DNA of 63,143 bases, the filler included, from Octopus bimaculoides (Eukaryota), in the NCBI RefSeq assembly GCF_001194135.2. It is 5 parts of 5 records of this genome, joined end to end, with 100 filler letters (N's around TTAATTAATTAA, not from the genome) between each part and the next. Parts side by side here need not be neighbours in the genome. Positions count along the whole stretch, not along the records: positions 25,706 to 52,620 come from NC_068989.1; positions 52,721 to 56,971 come from NC_068992.1; positions 57,072 to 60,601 come from NC_068995.1; positions 60,702 to 63,143 come from NC_068994.1; 1 more part is not named here. One strand, given 5' to 3'. Each line of letters starts with the position of its first letter. Positions within the stretch are counted from its first letter, which is position 1. This document shows, in pieces, positions 48,066 to 62,169 of this stretch. Both the position numbers and the translations under genes were made by a program. The notes beneath the pieces were generated by a model. The model was not told the DNA's origin. It was given only the letters and a program-made list of their open reading frames with translations, and made no database searches.

Positions 48066-49931
48066 TATATGTATATATGTACACCATTTCAAACACTCTA
48101 TATCTACTTGTATATATTTGTGTGAGTGGGGGCCACGGAAAAGTGGACCCCGTTTCCAAAATGTGATCACATGATCACAGTTGAACATACGCCTTCGGTT
48201 GTAGATCAAGAAGGTTTCTTTCTTAAGACTTGATTGAATGAAAAATATGGTATTAATTGGGGGAAGATATGAAAGTTGGTAGCTAAAGATAAGAAAAAAT
48301 AACCGTGGGGAGGAAATATGTTGCAGGTGTATATCAGTATGTATTATTATGCATCTCGATATAATATCATTGTTACTGCTTTGATAAATTACTTTATAAT
48401 GGCGTTTACACGGTGATATGTAGAATTTAATAAACCTATATGTAGATAGTAGAAAGTATAAATAAAATAATACATAAAAATATTAATGTATATAAATACT
48501 AATAACTATTAATATTAATGATGAAAATATGAACGATAATGAAATACTAGTTGTGGTTTTCACTATTATGTGTTTGTGTTTGGTGGGATGATCCCCTTTC
48601 TGTTCTTCCCGCATTTTTCATTAAATTCTAACCTTTTCAAATTATTGGTTTATTTTATTCTTTTAATTCATTTTCTATCTTATGCGAATTAATATCAAAT
48701 TTTTTACGTGATCAAATATTTGTTGTATTACATTCCTCTCTGGACTTCTCATGTTTATANNNNNNNNNNNNNNNNNNNNNNNNNNNNNNNNNNNNNNNNN
48801 NNNNNNNNNNNNNNNNNNNNNNNNNNNNNNNNNNNNNNNNNNNNNNNNNNNNNNNNNNNNNNNNNNNNNNNNNNNNNNNNNNNNNNNNNNNNNNNCGTGA
48901 TCAAATATTTGTTGTATTACATTCCTCTCTGGACTTCTCATGTTTATATTGTATTAGCTTTTGTTATGTTTCCGTCCCGGATGTTTTAAAACGGTTATAT
49001 CTACAATGTCCTGACAGATTTACAAATCATATTTTACATAGGATCAAGATAGTTTGAAAATAAGCTGTATTGTTAATTTGATATGAAAGATTTGCTATAC
49101 TAAATTATTGTGTCCTCTTTTGTTGCAGAATCGACAACTATCATACAGAATTTAGTCATCCTTTTCGTTTTCACATCCCCTCGGAAAAAGTGGCTGCCGT
49201 TCAATATGAGGAAGAGAAATGAAGGTATTTTGAGTAAGCTACAGCAATCGTACCACTTACATACTTGATATTGAAGCTGCCTCGAAGGATATTTTTCACC
49301 CTCTCGTAATCACTATTTCACCAACAAACGTTAAAAATGCCACATAAGTGACAGGCAATAGAAACAACAGCAAACAGAACAACACAGAAAACTTAAAATT
49401 CTCCCAGGAGTACTGACGGCTATAATGATAAAGACAACGAAAGTAAAGGAGGATATCAAGCAACAACGTGTATACATCAACTTTCTAAATCCTACATGGG
49501 CGGGAATTAAAATGAGAAATAAACTATATTTAGTTTTGCCCTCTAACTTAATAATATTTTTTAATGAAATGAAACACTGCAGAATATGTTTTTGCTTTTA
49601 CCCGAAATATGTGAAAGAAAATATGGAAGTTACTATTTTTTAAAAAGTTGTTGTTGATATATATATTAAACTGATGAAATATGTGCCAATCAATCATTTA
49701 AAATGTTTTGTTTTAATATATATTTTACTATGCTTTCAAGTATACAGTTCACTGCTTGACATGTCCCAATTATCCATTCAGAAATACGCAAAACTTATGA
49801 CTGTTAAACAAATAGATTTACAAAAGACTCGACACGGCAGCGAGAAAACGAAGTCTGATGAGTCACATGTATTGGCTACAACATTGAAGCCAATCTTAAT
49901 TTTCTGACACCGCCCAAAACCATCGACTACG

Positions 49932-49962
<31 letters not shown>

Positions 49963-50468
49963 NNNNNNNNNNNNNNNNNNNNNNNNNNNNNNNNNNNNNN
50001 NNNNNNNNNNNNNNNNNNNNNNNNNNNNNNNNNNNNNNNNNNNNNNNNNNNNNNNNNNNNNNNNNNNNNNNNNNNNNNNNNNNNNNNNNNNNNNNNNNNN
50101 NNNNNNNNNNNNNNNNNNNNNNNNNNNNNNNNNNNNNNNNNNNNNNNNNNNNNNNNNNNNNNNNNNNNNNNNNNNNNNNNNNNNNNNNNNNNNNNNNNNN
50201 NNNNNNNNNNNNNNNNNNNNNNNNNNNNNNNNNNNNNNNNNNNNNNNNNNNNNNNNNNNNNNNNNNNNNNNNNNNNNNNNNNNNNNNNNNNNNNNNNNNN
50301 NNNNNNNNNNNNNNNNNNNNNNNNNNNNNNNNNNNNNNNNNNNNNNNNNNNNNNNNNNNNNNNNNNNNNNNNNACTGAGGTTAGACAGCATTAGTAATCG
50401 GGAACCAGTAAAAACGAATATCCCTATCAACCAAATTTAGAGATTTTCCTTTAAATATACATACAAAC

Positions 50469-50506
<38 letters not shown>

Positions 50507-50508
50507 GT

Positions 50509-50545
<37 letters not shown>

Positions 50546-50579
50546 TGTGTGGAGAGGGAGAGAGAGAGAGAGATTATAC

Positions 50580-50800
50580 ACAACATCTGGCAACATTCAG
50601 AGTCCAAAATAAAGAAAGCATGTAACATCGCTATCAAATAAGACATGGACATTGAAAGAAAGTAAAATTGAATAGAAAATTATTGCTAAAGCCTCAACAT
50701 ATAGGGGTTGGGGTACCAAATGTGAACTCTGTATTGGTGAAAATGTAAGCATTAAACAATCAACAGATAATATCCTAAATATTTGGGATAAAACCTTCTC
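50580..50800 (+). mobile_element. Penelope-like GIY-YIG C-terminal remnant
   Basis: RKHVTSLSNKTWTLKESKIE.KIIAKASTYRGWGTKCELCIGENVSI...NILN matches the PLE T.LS..IW.LK...I.W.I......Y......C.LC..E...I...LN motif. Confidence 0.75.
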
Positions 50801-50929
50801 TCCCTGCATACATAAGCAATATTTTACACTCAGATATTTCAAAGAAGTGTCACTATCTTCAATGCTATTCCCACCAGGATAGCCCCGTTCCTAAACGCGA
50901 AATCTGAACATACATATCATTCAAATTAC

Positions 50930-51110
50930 ACACAGAGAAGAAATACGCCCGAATGACGAACTACCTTAACAATCAAGTATAAGAACACCATGCGGAGATC
51001 AAAGACGAAATAATGCAAAGAAATTGAACACACAACAATTTTCCCAAAAGATAAATCCAAGGGAAACGAACATCTAAAAGATGCCACCCAACAGTAACGT
51101 CCCTTCATTC
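50930..51110 (+). mobile_element. Possible Helitron Rep remnant
   Basis: Faint PCG...C...FPK...ET pattern resembling HGPCG...CMKDGKCTKxFPK; heavily frameshifted. Confidence 0.25.
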
Positions 51111-51344
51111 ATTGTTTTATTCACATGAATTCACGAGAATCTCCGCCAACTAAACGAGGTTTGTTTTTTCCAAAATGTAGGCGAACACCTTTTTCCATGT
51201 GGCTGGAATGAAAAATTTTTAAGACATAAGGGTAGTTTCCTACTTTTCTTAAGATAAAACCAATGGTAGCCTTAATTCACAAATGAAGAAATTATATGTA
51301 TCAATGCTGTGATGAGCACTCATTTTCATCATTTGATATTTACT

Positions 51345-51417
<73 letters not shown>

Positions 51418-52099
51418 GTGTGTGTTCAATTGGGCATATAAATCTTCATTGCCTTTTTAATCTACGCTCTTTATATATCAATCGCATCGTATCAAAGTCT
51501 AAAAGATAAATAGATTATTTTTTTCAGTTTCCCAATATTGTAGAAACTTTGTATCGGAACAGTTATGCAGAATGGAAAGCTTGATTAATTTCCAATGTCT
51601 TTGGGTTTTCAAGATAGACCTTCAGTAATATACATACGTACACATATTCATAGGTACGCATACATACACACACGCGCAGTCATATATGTATACAGACATG
51701 CATACATATAAATAGCCGAATTCAAAAGTACTAAAAAGGATATAGTAAAAAAAAAAAGAATACTAACCAAATACTTTTCATACATATTTTCATTTAGTTT
51801 TATCTTGTGTTAATGTCTCCCCCAAAACCCCGCATTTGTACTTAATACTTAATGTACCTCGAAAATATTGTGGCAATATAATAGAAAATGTATAATATAT
51901 GTTTCCTTTCTTTTTTCTAGTATTCAAAATTAGAGAACATCTTCTTTGTGTTTATGTATTCATTCATTGATTAGAAACAGCATCAAAGCTCATACTTATT
52001 TTATCGACGAGTTAAATCTCTGTCAAGTTGTGATTCGATCCTTTTAACAAGCAGGAAAGATATTAGGTATTACAACTGAAATATTTGTGACCTTAGCAT

Positions 52100-52290
52100 T
52101 TCGAAGACTGTGATCACAATTTCCTTCGGAAAGTGCCATACATGCATCAATTGGAATTTGTTTCCAATTACATGCTAGATACTTCAGCGAGCGCATTCCA
52201 TTTAATTTTCTTAATAAGATCCAGTTCGGAAAAACGCTCCCGTTACTGTCTGAAAGTGACCTAAAGTAAACATGGGATCCACGTCGGTTT
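52100..52290 (-). mobile_element. Possible hAT C-terminal dimerisation-domain remnant
   Basis: Minus frame RERFSELDLIKKIKWNALAEVS resembles hAT ERSFSKLKLIK...LNALALLS. Confidence 0.35.
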
Positions 52291-52988
52291 CGAATGATGG
52301 CTGCGGCCAATTCACTTAACATTGTACTAATGTATCCGGAAATAACATGGATCACGCAACACCATGCACAAGCTTCACATGTGCAACTGAGCGTAAGTGA
52401 TACATTTATTGAAGGGTTCCCTTACATCTAAGTAAATTTCCTGAAACTTCTCAATGTCCACTCCGTTAAGCTAAACTACTAATTCAGTTGCTTCATTTCA
52501 AAATATGTATGCGTGTGCGTGTGGGTTTGTGTATGTGTGTGCATTTGTGTGAGTGTGTATACACACACATACACTCACATATATATTACATATAATAAAT
52601 ATATATATAATATATATATANNNNNNNNNNNNNNNNNNNNNNNNNNNNNNNNNNNNNNNNNNNNTTAATTAATTAANNNNNNNNNNNNNNNNNNNNNNNN
52701 NNNNNNNNNNNNNNNNNNNNATTATTGTTAAGCTGAAATTTTTGTTAATGTAATAAAAAATGGAATAGTGAAACTATATTTTTGTTTTCTGAAAAAGCAA
52801 CGTTTTGGACAGGCCACATAGAGAACATTAACTTCATCAGCTGCCCCCATTCTAACACAGGTGTTTTGAAGAGTATGGCAGGATGCATCGTTAAAACAGC
52901 TCTTCCCATGGACTACAAATTAAATTTAAATTTAAATTAATTCAAATTAAATTTGTAACGTGGAGGAATGTAGTGGCAGACATATATA

Positions 52989-53790
52989 CAGGGTGTGATG
53001 GGTAAATTGTTGCCATTTTATATTTTTAATTCCATGTATGTGCATTGTTTGTGTTTGATTTTGTTGACTATACGGTATGGTAGGGTCAGATGGGCATCAT
53101 CTGTGAGAAAAACAGCACTGTGACACAAGTCACTCTGCCAGAAATTTGGAAATGACATTTTGTACTGCTTGGCATTTGTGTCAGAAGCTCCATTACAAAC
53201 AGATGGTAAACACACAAAACAACCGTTGGCTTGCTGTGACTCCAAAACATGTACAGAGAGTTATAAAAATCAAACATTCAGTCAACATCACGGTGCTTGG
53301 AGTGGTCACAAGTGATGGTGACGTTATGCCTCCATACATCTTCCCACACGGCTTCAGACTCAGCACAGAGGCCTACATCAAGTGCCTGGAGGAAGTAGTG
53401 CTGCTCTGGGTCAAGAGGGTGGCTGCTGGAAGACCATATGTGTGGCAACAGGACTCTGCACCATGCTACACAAGCAGGAGAACCCAGTCATGGCTGTCAG
53501 ACAATTTCTGTGACCACATTACCCCTAACATCTGGCCACCTAACTCCCCAGACTGCAACCCCCTTGATAATTATGTGTTGGGGCACAGTTGAGCAAAAGA
53601 CCAACAAAACTCCTTGTAGCACCAAAGATTAACTGAAGGCAAGGATTATGGCAACATTTAGCAAATTAAATAAGGAGATCCTCCAGAAGAGTTGCAGGAG
53701 ATTCTGATGTCATCTGGAGGCCATAGTTGAAGCCAATGGTGATTTTATTGAATATATTTGTTCTTTAGTATTTCAAGATATTTTTATTTA
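52989..53790 (+). mobile_element. maT (DD37D) Tc1/mariner internally deleted copy with left TIR
   Basis: TA followed by CAGGGTGTGATGGGTAAATTGTTGCC (matches the 30195 TIR). WQQDSAPC-[37 aa spacing]-WPPNSPDCNPLD. N-terminus deleted, stops present, right TIR not seen. Confidence 0.9.
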
Positions 53791-53899
53791 ATTTTGGTAA
53801 ATATATATACATGTTATATATATAAAATGTATGCAAATGTAATGTATCTACATATATCTATATTCATACTTATTATATATTTATGGAGTTTATTTATAT

Positions 53900-54027
53900 A
53901 TATTTATTTATGTGTGTGTGTATGAATACATATATGTGTGTTCATACATACATATAATATTCATGCAATACCTACATAAACACATATATGAATATATATT
54001 TATGTATACATATATATATATATATAT

Positions 54028-54103
<76 letters not shown>

Positions 54104-54105
54104 GC
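53900..54105. repeat. (TA)n-rich microsatellite
   Basis: Visible directly in the sequence. Confidence 0.95.
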
Positions 54106-55549
54106 ATAGTTTGCTCTATGTTTTTGTGTAATATTCTCCTTTTGTATTATAAACATGTTTGTGTGTAAATATTATACATTACGCCCATAAAATATATCAT
54201 CAAACACTCCCTCATACATAAACATCGATAAACAATATATATGCACACAGAGATGTGTGTGTGAACCAATATGAATTTAATGTAGATTATTTCCATTCCC
54301 TCCCATGTTTTTTCTATCACTCCAAAACTCATCTTTCTTCTTTGATATCATCCATACTATAAAAAGATATTCAACTCTCACTCACTCCCTTTCTTTTTCG
54401 GTTTTATTTAGTTTTCTCCCATTATTTTAAATTCAATATATCCCCACTGCTTTGTTAATAAGTCTTCAGCTAATTTTATTCTCATTCATGTTTCTGAAGA
54501 AATCATTTCTCTACTCTGAGAATGATTGCATTTTTATTGGCCATTTCATTAGACATTGGAAGTGAATGTGGTGGGGCTGTAATATTAGAATGTGCGGTAA
54601 TGAAGGAAAAAAAAAACTTTGCAGCACCAGTTCTCATCTCTTGCTGCAAGGCTCCAACAAAATGTTCTTTCAACCATTAAGTATTCAGCTATAATGAAAA
54701 TCCACTTTCAGGTGGGTCTCACAGACTTGCTGTGTTTATTTCTCTCTTGTTTAATTTTTTCCCCTTCTTTTATTGAATCTTATTGTTATGAAACAAGCGG
54801 AATCGTTCAATTAAAATCTTAGCAGAAAGATCTAGTCAATGCAAAATGTTTTAGAGCTATAGCTATCTTGTGCACATATGCAAATATATCTGTGCGTATG
54901 TGCCCCAACAATCATATAAATGCATAGATAGATTACACACTCATGCACATACATACATGCACAAACACATTTCTCTCATCCCTTCATTATTTTCTGAACT
55001 AAAAAACATAATCAATATTTTCTTAACTGAGCTGCAAACCTGTGCAACTTTCTAACAATTTTTGCCTTCAAAATGTCAAGCTACAGATCTTTAATTCAAA
55101 CACCGTGTTGACTTCAGCATTCTATGAGGGTCAGCTATGGCCATAAAAGCTACATTTCTTTCATAGATTAAATACATTACTAGAGATTTCATAATGAAGT
55201 TGATGACAATGTTGCCCTGTTAAGGGTTTCTTAATACTCATTTGTATTTGATTAAATTTACCCCAGCAGTTAATGTGCACAAGCAACTTGAATCTCAGTA
55301 CTCATACATATTTAACATGGTTCAAGTGTGCATAATTACATCAATGTCATAATATTACTATATAACCACATCACTACACATGTAGCTCAGGTCATACTGT
55401 CAAGGAGATAGCATATTTTAAATAATGTTCAGTTGAAATGAATGTCCAGCTGTAATGTAAACAAAATTAATAAAGAAGAATCATTAACCAGTTATACTAG
55501 TGTATCACTATCTTTAAATTATCTTACTACTCACATTGCAATACCTTTG

Positions 55550-56030
55550 TCACACAACCCATGTTTCATACATTGCTACTTACTGTAATTGCCACACTCA
55601 CAAACACTGGCATTATCTCATCATGCACTGCACATTTTCTCATCACCCAGTTCACTCAGTCTTATCACCCTCTACACATTGTTTCACCAATCACTAAACA
55701 GTGTCTCACCATACACTATACACAGTCTGATTCTGTGTCACCACCCACTACACACTGTCTTATCACAAACTAGACACTGTCATCACCTGCTACAAACTGT
55801 CTCATCATACACTAAACACTAACTCATCAGCCACAACTCATTGTCTCCCCATCCACTACAAACTGTCTCATTACACACTACTCACTATTCCACACAGTAT
55901 CATCATAAGCTACACCGTTCACCAACCCCTATGTACTGTCTCATCATTTACTTCTTACTGTCTCACCATCCACTAGACTCTATCTCATCATACACTATGC
56001 ACTGTCTCACTATCAACCACACACTGTTTT
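55550..56030. repeat. Degenerate minisatellite (ACTGTCTCA.CAT.CACTA..CAC-like units)
   Basis: Recurrent CTGTCTCA/CCATCCACTA/CATACACTA motifs over about 480 bp. Confidence 0.7.
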
Positions 56031-56159
56031 GCCACTTGGAGACTGCATGGGTCAAACTTCTATCTGTGAACATTACAACTTGCCCACCCCTGTCAAATTT
56101 GTGCTTTCAGATCACATAAATTACTTGACCCTGTTCTCAAATTCATATCATAACTCAAA

Positions 56160-56620
56160 AAAGTATGTGCTCAAAACAAAGCTAGAAAATAACACAGACG
56201 CCAGATTCTTCAACAGCACCATCCTACCTGTGCTCTTATATGTGAGTGAGGTGTGGGCTACTACAAAAAGATAGAACATTAACACAAAGGGCCATGAAAA
56301 GATCCATGCTAGGAATATCATTACGAGAGCACATTCAAAATGTGATAATTTGAGAACAGATTATATGGAGCAAACGATACGATCACAGCACGAGTTCCAT
56401 AAGTCCGGACAGGTCGCAAAGTTTACAGATAACAGGGTGGACCTGTGCAGTTGCTAAGGGTATCCAAGAAATTGGAAAGGGCCACATGAAAGTTCCATGA
56501 TGATTGGAAAACGATCTAGTTAAGCAATCTGGGACAAGATGGAATATAAATTGAAGCATATTGTACTCAGAGGTGTAAAACAGCATCTGATGGTGTGGCC
56601 AACATTGTGATACTGTGGTA
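56160..56620 (+). mobile_element. RTE LINE 3' remnant
   Basis: ARFFNSTILPVLLYVSEVWATTK...TQRAMKRSMLGISLREHIQN. Confidence 0.85.
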
Positions 56621-56928
56621 TATTCGTACCCACACACATGCACTTTTATAAAGATATATTCATATATACTGTATAGAAAGTGTTATAATCCAAAGTGTGT
56701 TCTTGTGAAGCACATCTGTATAGACGCAGTAATTACACGTATGCATACAGCTGATTTATTTTAAATGAAGCATTTATAGTATCTGAAATTTATGGTGAAT
56801 TCTATTTGCAGAGTAATTATATATCAAACAAAAGGCTGGAAAAATTTACTATATTTTTAATAATTCTAATTAATTAGAAATATACAAAATATTTCCAGAC
56901 ATTTTTTTTTCACGCACACATACACGTA

Positions 56929-56971
<43 letters not shown>

Positions 56972-57458
56972 NNNNNNNNNNNNNNNNNNNNNNNNNNNNN
57001 NNNNNNNNNNNNNNNTTAATTAATTAANNNNNNNNNNNNNNNNNNNNNNNNNNNNNNNNNNNNNNNNNNNNGGCGGGATACGCCCCCAAAATAATTTTCA
57101 CAATGAAAACAATTATTCACTAAAACGTGAATCAATTTGCTCAACTGCAGGCAGGCCAAACACAAACAGCCCCACCTCGCAGCTGAGCTACTTAATTCGC
57201 CACGCTACAGACTAGCATGGCAACACTATTCAGTCCTTCAACGACGTAAAGCAGTTCACAAAAGTCAAATTTTCCGTGTTGTTCAAATTAAATGTCTTGG
57301 CCTATTCGAACTCCTGGCAGTCATAGGTAATTCAATATAAGTACTCCACAATAATTTTTAGGCATAAAAACAGCTGTTCGCCTAAACACAAAATAGTCTT
57401 TCAGAAAAAAATTCCAAACCAATCTTCAGAAAAGTACAGGAGTAAAAAGAATTCTTAC

Positions 57459-57735
57459 GGCTAGACTACGCCCACCGAAGGTTCTTCAAAAAAAATCCAA
57501 AAAACAAATGCTACCAAAGGAAGAATAAAAAATGCCTCGAGGCCAACGGAAATACCCTATTTGTAAAGAATAACAATACAGTAACATAGCCCCACTGGAC
57601 CCCCAAAATAAAATCTCTCCTACCTTCCAGCTGCGTTGTTAATTATCCTTTGTAAACTGAAAATTACAACAGAGCCATAATTGGCCGTGTTGTCTCTTTG
57701 GTTGACAACAACCCTTTTGTTTTGGTCATGCGCAG
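57459..57735 (-). promoter_or_regulatory. Tentative promoter/non-coding first exon
   Basis: Repeat-free region with an NRF1-like CATGCGCA (57727-57734), CCAAT on the minus strand (57680-57684) and a minus-strand donor GCC|GTAAGA at 57459/57458. These short motifs may be chance. Confidence 0.2.
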
Positions 57736-58334
57736 TGAAGCAGATTTCTTACCACATAGCCTCGTCTGCATTTAAAGATAACTTCAAAAGGTCTAAGATT
57801 TAATCATAATTTGCTTAGCAATATCTAGAAATACTTTAAGCGAGATATTTAGCGTTGAAGTACTGCTACTTTGATTCAATAAAGCTTGTTTCTAAATTCC
57901 AGAAAAATTCTGCAATACTATTTTTGTCAGAAGGTTTCGTGTAGTCTGCTTATTAATGACACGGCGTTTATCGGTTAGTGTCAGTTTTTGAATAACTGTT
58001 ACTGTTCCAAAGAAAGAAGGGTAGTCTTGTTGTTGTTGTTGGTGGTGGTGGTAATGGTTTGAAATTTTGTCACATGGTTAGCAATTTCGGGGAAGGAGTA
58101 AATCGATTTTAGTTGCGTATGTAGTAGTGTTGAACGTCTAGTGGTAGTAGAGATGGCAGTGGCATACATGATGGTAGATATGTTAATAGTAATATAGTGA
58201 GTGGTTTTATTGGTTATAGTGGTGTCAGCGGTATTGGTTGTTGCAGTTGTGAAAGTAGTGGCTTTGATGCATTAGTGATAATAAAAGAATAACGGCATTG
58301 GTGCTGGTAATCTGGTGTTAATATTGGTAAAACG

Positions 58335-59010
58335 GTGAGCTGGCAGAATCGTTGGCACGTCGGGCGAAATGCTTAGCGGTATTTCGTCTGCCGTTACGTT
58401 CTGAGTTCGAATTCCACCGAGATGGACTTTGTTTTTTATCCTTTCAGGGTCGATTAAATAAATACCAGTTACGCACTGGGATAGATGTGGTAGACTTAAT
58501 CCCTTTGTCTCCTCTATGTTTATCCCCCTGTGGGCAATGAAGATATAAATATTGGTAAGGCGGCGAGCTGGCAGAAACTTTAACACGCCGGAAAAAATAC
58601 TTAGCAGTATTTTGTCTGTATTTAAGTTCTGACTTCAAATTCCACCGAGGTTGACTTTCCTCTCATCCTATCGGAGTCGATAGAATATGTACCAGTTGAG
58701 TACTAGAGTCAATGATATTGACTTACCCTTCCCTCTAAATTGCTGACATTGTGCTAAATTTTGAAACCAATATTTTTAGGGATTGCAAGGCGACAGTGAG
58801 CTGGCAGAATCACTAGCGCGCCAGAAAGAAAAGATACTTAGCGGCATTTCTTCTGAATTAGCGTTGTGAGTTCAAATGCTGCCGAGGTCGACTTTCTCTT
58901 TCATCCTTTAGGGTCGAAGAATAAATCTCAGTTGAGCACTTGGGATAATCTAATCAACTTACCCCGTCCTCCTAAATTGCCGGTCTTGTGCTCAAAATTT
59001 GAGACCTATG
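58335..59010 (+). mobile_element. Three head-to-tail SINE family A copies
   Basis: Heads GAGCTGGCAGAA at about 58337, 58566 and 58798, each followed by a B box and the core. Confidence 0.9.
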
Positions 59011-60548
59011 TTTATAGAGTTTGCGGTAATTTTTATTGCTGCTAAGTCGGAATAGGTTAGTAGTGGCCCGAGGACATCTTTTATAGATTGTCTAAGATTA
59101 AAGGAAGAAAAAAAGGGATGATGAACACGTGACCGATTACTTATCCTCAAACCAGAGTCTTGACCCGAATGCTTCTAACAATATGGGCTGCCGAATAAGA
59201 GTTTAAGAGCCAAGTGCTGGTGTCGTTAAATCGGGCAACTGACTGTGTATGTCTACCACACAAATGCTTCTAGTAGTATTGACGGTTGTTCGTGTTGGTG
59301 ATGAGTGTTGATAGCGGTGGTTTTAAATGATGTTTGTAGAGGCGACATTGGTGCACAATTGGTGGTAGCTCTGGTAGATGAGGTATTTGGTAGTGTTGGT
59401 AGCTGCAGTGTTAAGCGTAGCAGTGTTACTGGAGTGACTGGCACATACTCGTCGCTAACGGAGTGTACTGGACAGCATAGCTTCGTCACTATTCAATGGG
59501 GCACCGTCAGATTGACAGTGATACACTTATTTCGAAACTTTAAGCATTATTACAAATTAATGTCCCCCCGCCCCAGAATATTTTGAAGCACCCGCTCAAG
59601 TACCAAAGTCTGGAGATGAGCCTGGGGTGCCGTTGGTGTTGGTACTAATTGTGTTAGTGATAGCATTGACAATAGTGTTGTTGATGGTGGCATTGAAGTT
59701 GTTTGTGGTTGTATTGGTGCTATTACCTTAGTGGTAGTATAGACAGCGGCCAGTGGTAGTGTTAGTATTATCCTTCATGGTAGTATGGGTGTTGGAAGGC
59801 TATGCTTGACCGAATTACATCCACGTTTGATACCCTTACTTATGATCAAATTTATTATATTATTCACTGAGCTAAGGTTTTGTTCTCATCGTGTACTGTG
59901 TTAGTGAGGCGGCTCTATCTTAGAATAGTTACGTTGCTAGTGATAATGGCAGTGTTGATAGGATCTGGTACTGGTGGTGCCGGTATTGGTTTTGGTGCTA
60001 TGCTGATGCGGGCATTGTTGATGCTGCTATTAGTGGTGTTATCGTTTTCGTGACATTTGATAATAATTTCTTGCAGTACTTATAGAACCTCTATTTCTGA
60101 CAGTGTAAATTGTCAGTAGTTGAGCTTTCTCGTTCATGCCAGTTTTCATTCTACTTGAGTAAATACTGCAGACATATAAATTATGTTTACAGGCCTGCAT
60201 TATCATTCATGCTATAGTTGTATTGTACGATGTTACGCATTATACAATACAATTGTATATTCGCAAATCAATACAAATATAGGAAGCTTGCTCATCAGAT
60301 CACCAGAATATTATGGTTGCACCAACGATTCAACTCTAAGTATGCATATAAAGTTTTGACTTTGTATACACATTATACAGAAGACCCAAACTAGGTAAAA
60401 TTAGCTTGCTGGGTCAGAAATCCGAATCTCTTGGATTTCAGCTGCATGGAATTTCGCATTACTCTCCGCCTTATTGGATTACTATGTGGTCCGTTACAGG
60501 ATATTTCTGTGAAAGTTACACGATTACTACCTTTCCTCTTTTATAGAG

Positions 60549-60601
<53 letters not shown>

Positions 60602-60789
60602 NNNNNNNNNNNNNNNNNNNNNNNNNNNNNNNNNNNNNNNNNNNNTTAATTAATTAANNNNNNNNNNNNNNNNNNNNNNNNNNNNNNNNNNNNNNNNNNN
60701 NATTAAAATCAAATAAGTTGAATGATGCTATTATTATTAAACTTAGACAAGAAAGGAATAGGAAGAGAAAATAATGGTTTGGGTGTTGG

Positions 60790-61525
<736 letters not shown>

Positions 61526-62169
61526 AATTGAGATTGAATTACTTGTCNNNNNNNNNNNNNNNNNNNNNNNNNNNNNNNNNNNNNNNNNNNNNNNNNNNNN
61601 NNNNNNNNNNNNNNNNNNNNNNNNNNNNNNNNNNNNNNNNNNNNNNNNNNNNNNNNNNNNNNNNNNNNNNNNNNNNNNNNNNNNNNNNNNNNNNNNNNNN
61701 NNNNNNNNNNNNNNNNNNNNNNNNNNNNNNNNNNNNNNNNNNNNNNNNNNNNNNNNNNNNNNNNNNNNNNNNNNNNNNNNNNNNNNNNNNNNNNNNNNNN
61801 NNNNNNNNNNNNNNNNNNNNNNNNNNNNNNNNNNNNNNNNNNNNNNNNNNNNNNNNNNNNNNNNNNNNNNNNNNNNNNNNNNNNNNNNNNNNNNNNNNNN
61901 NNNNNNNNNNNNNNNNNNNNNNNNNNNNNNNNNNNNNNNNNNNNNNNNNNNNNNNNNNNNNNNNNNNNNNNNNNNNNNNNNNNNNNNNNNNNNNNNNNNN
62001 NNNNNNNNNNNNNNNNNNNNNNNNNNNNNNNNNNNNNNNNNNNNNNNNNNNNNNNNNNNNNNNNNNNNNNNNNNNNNNNNNNNNNNNNNNNNNNNNNNNN
62101 NNNNNNNNNNNNNNNNNNNNNNNNNNNNNNNNNNNNNNNNNNNNNNNNNNNNNNNNNNNNNNNNNNNNN

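Noticed and set aside
48707-48948. Exact 53-bp direct repeat flanking an N gap
   Set aside because: Same artefact pattern, a contig-end overlap.
49129-49224. Plus-strand candidate exon (good acceptor, weak GTATTT donor)
   Set aside because: No recognisable peptide and no phase-compatible neighbour found.
51528-51584. Plus-strand candidate terminal exon FPNIVETLYRNSYAEWKA*
   Set aside because: Only 18 codons with an acceptor-like site and no supporting upstream exon; expected by chance.
52044-52355. 103-aa minus-strand ORF in non-repetitive-looking DNA
   Set aside because: No recognisable product and a weak donor; another frame resembles a hAT dimerisation-domain remnant.
52915-52956. AT-only imperfect palindrome
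   Set aside because: Low-complexity AAATTT repeats; expected in AT-rich DNA.
58335-58430. tRNA-like A/B boxes in SINE heads
   Set aside because: No cloverleaf can be completed and the heads continue into the SINE core, so they are not tRNA genes.
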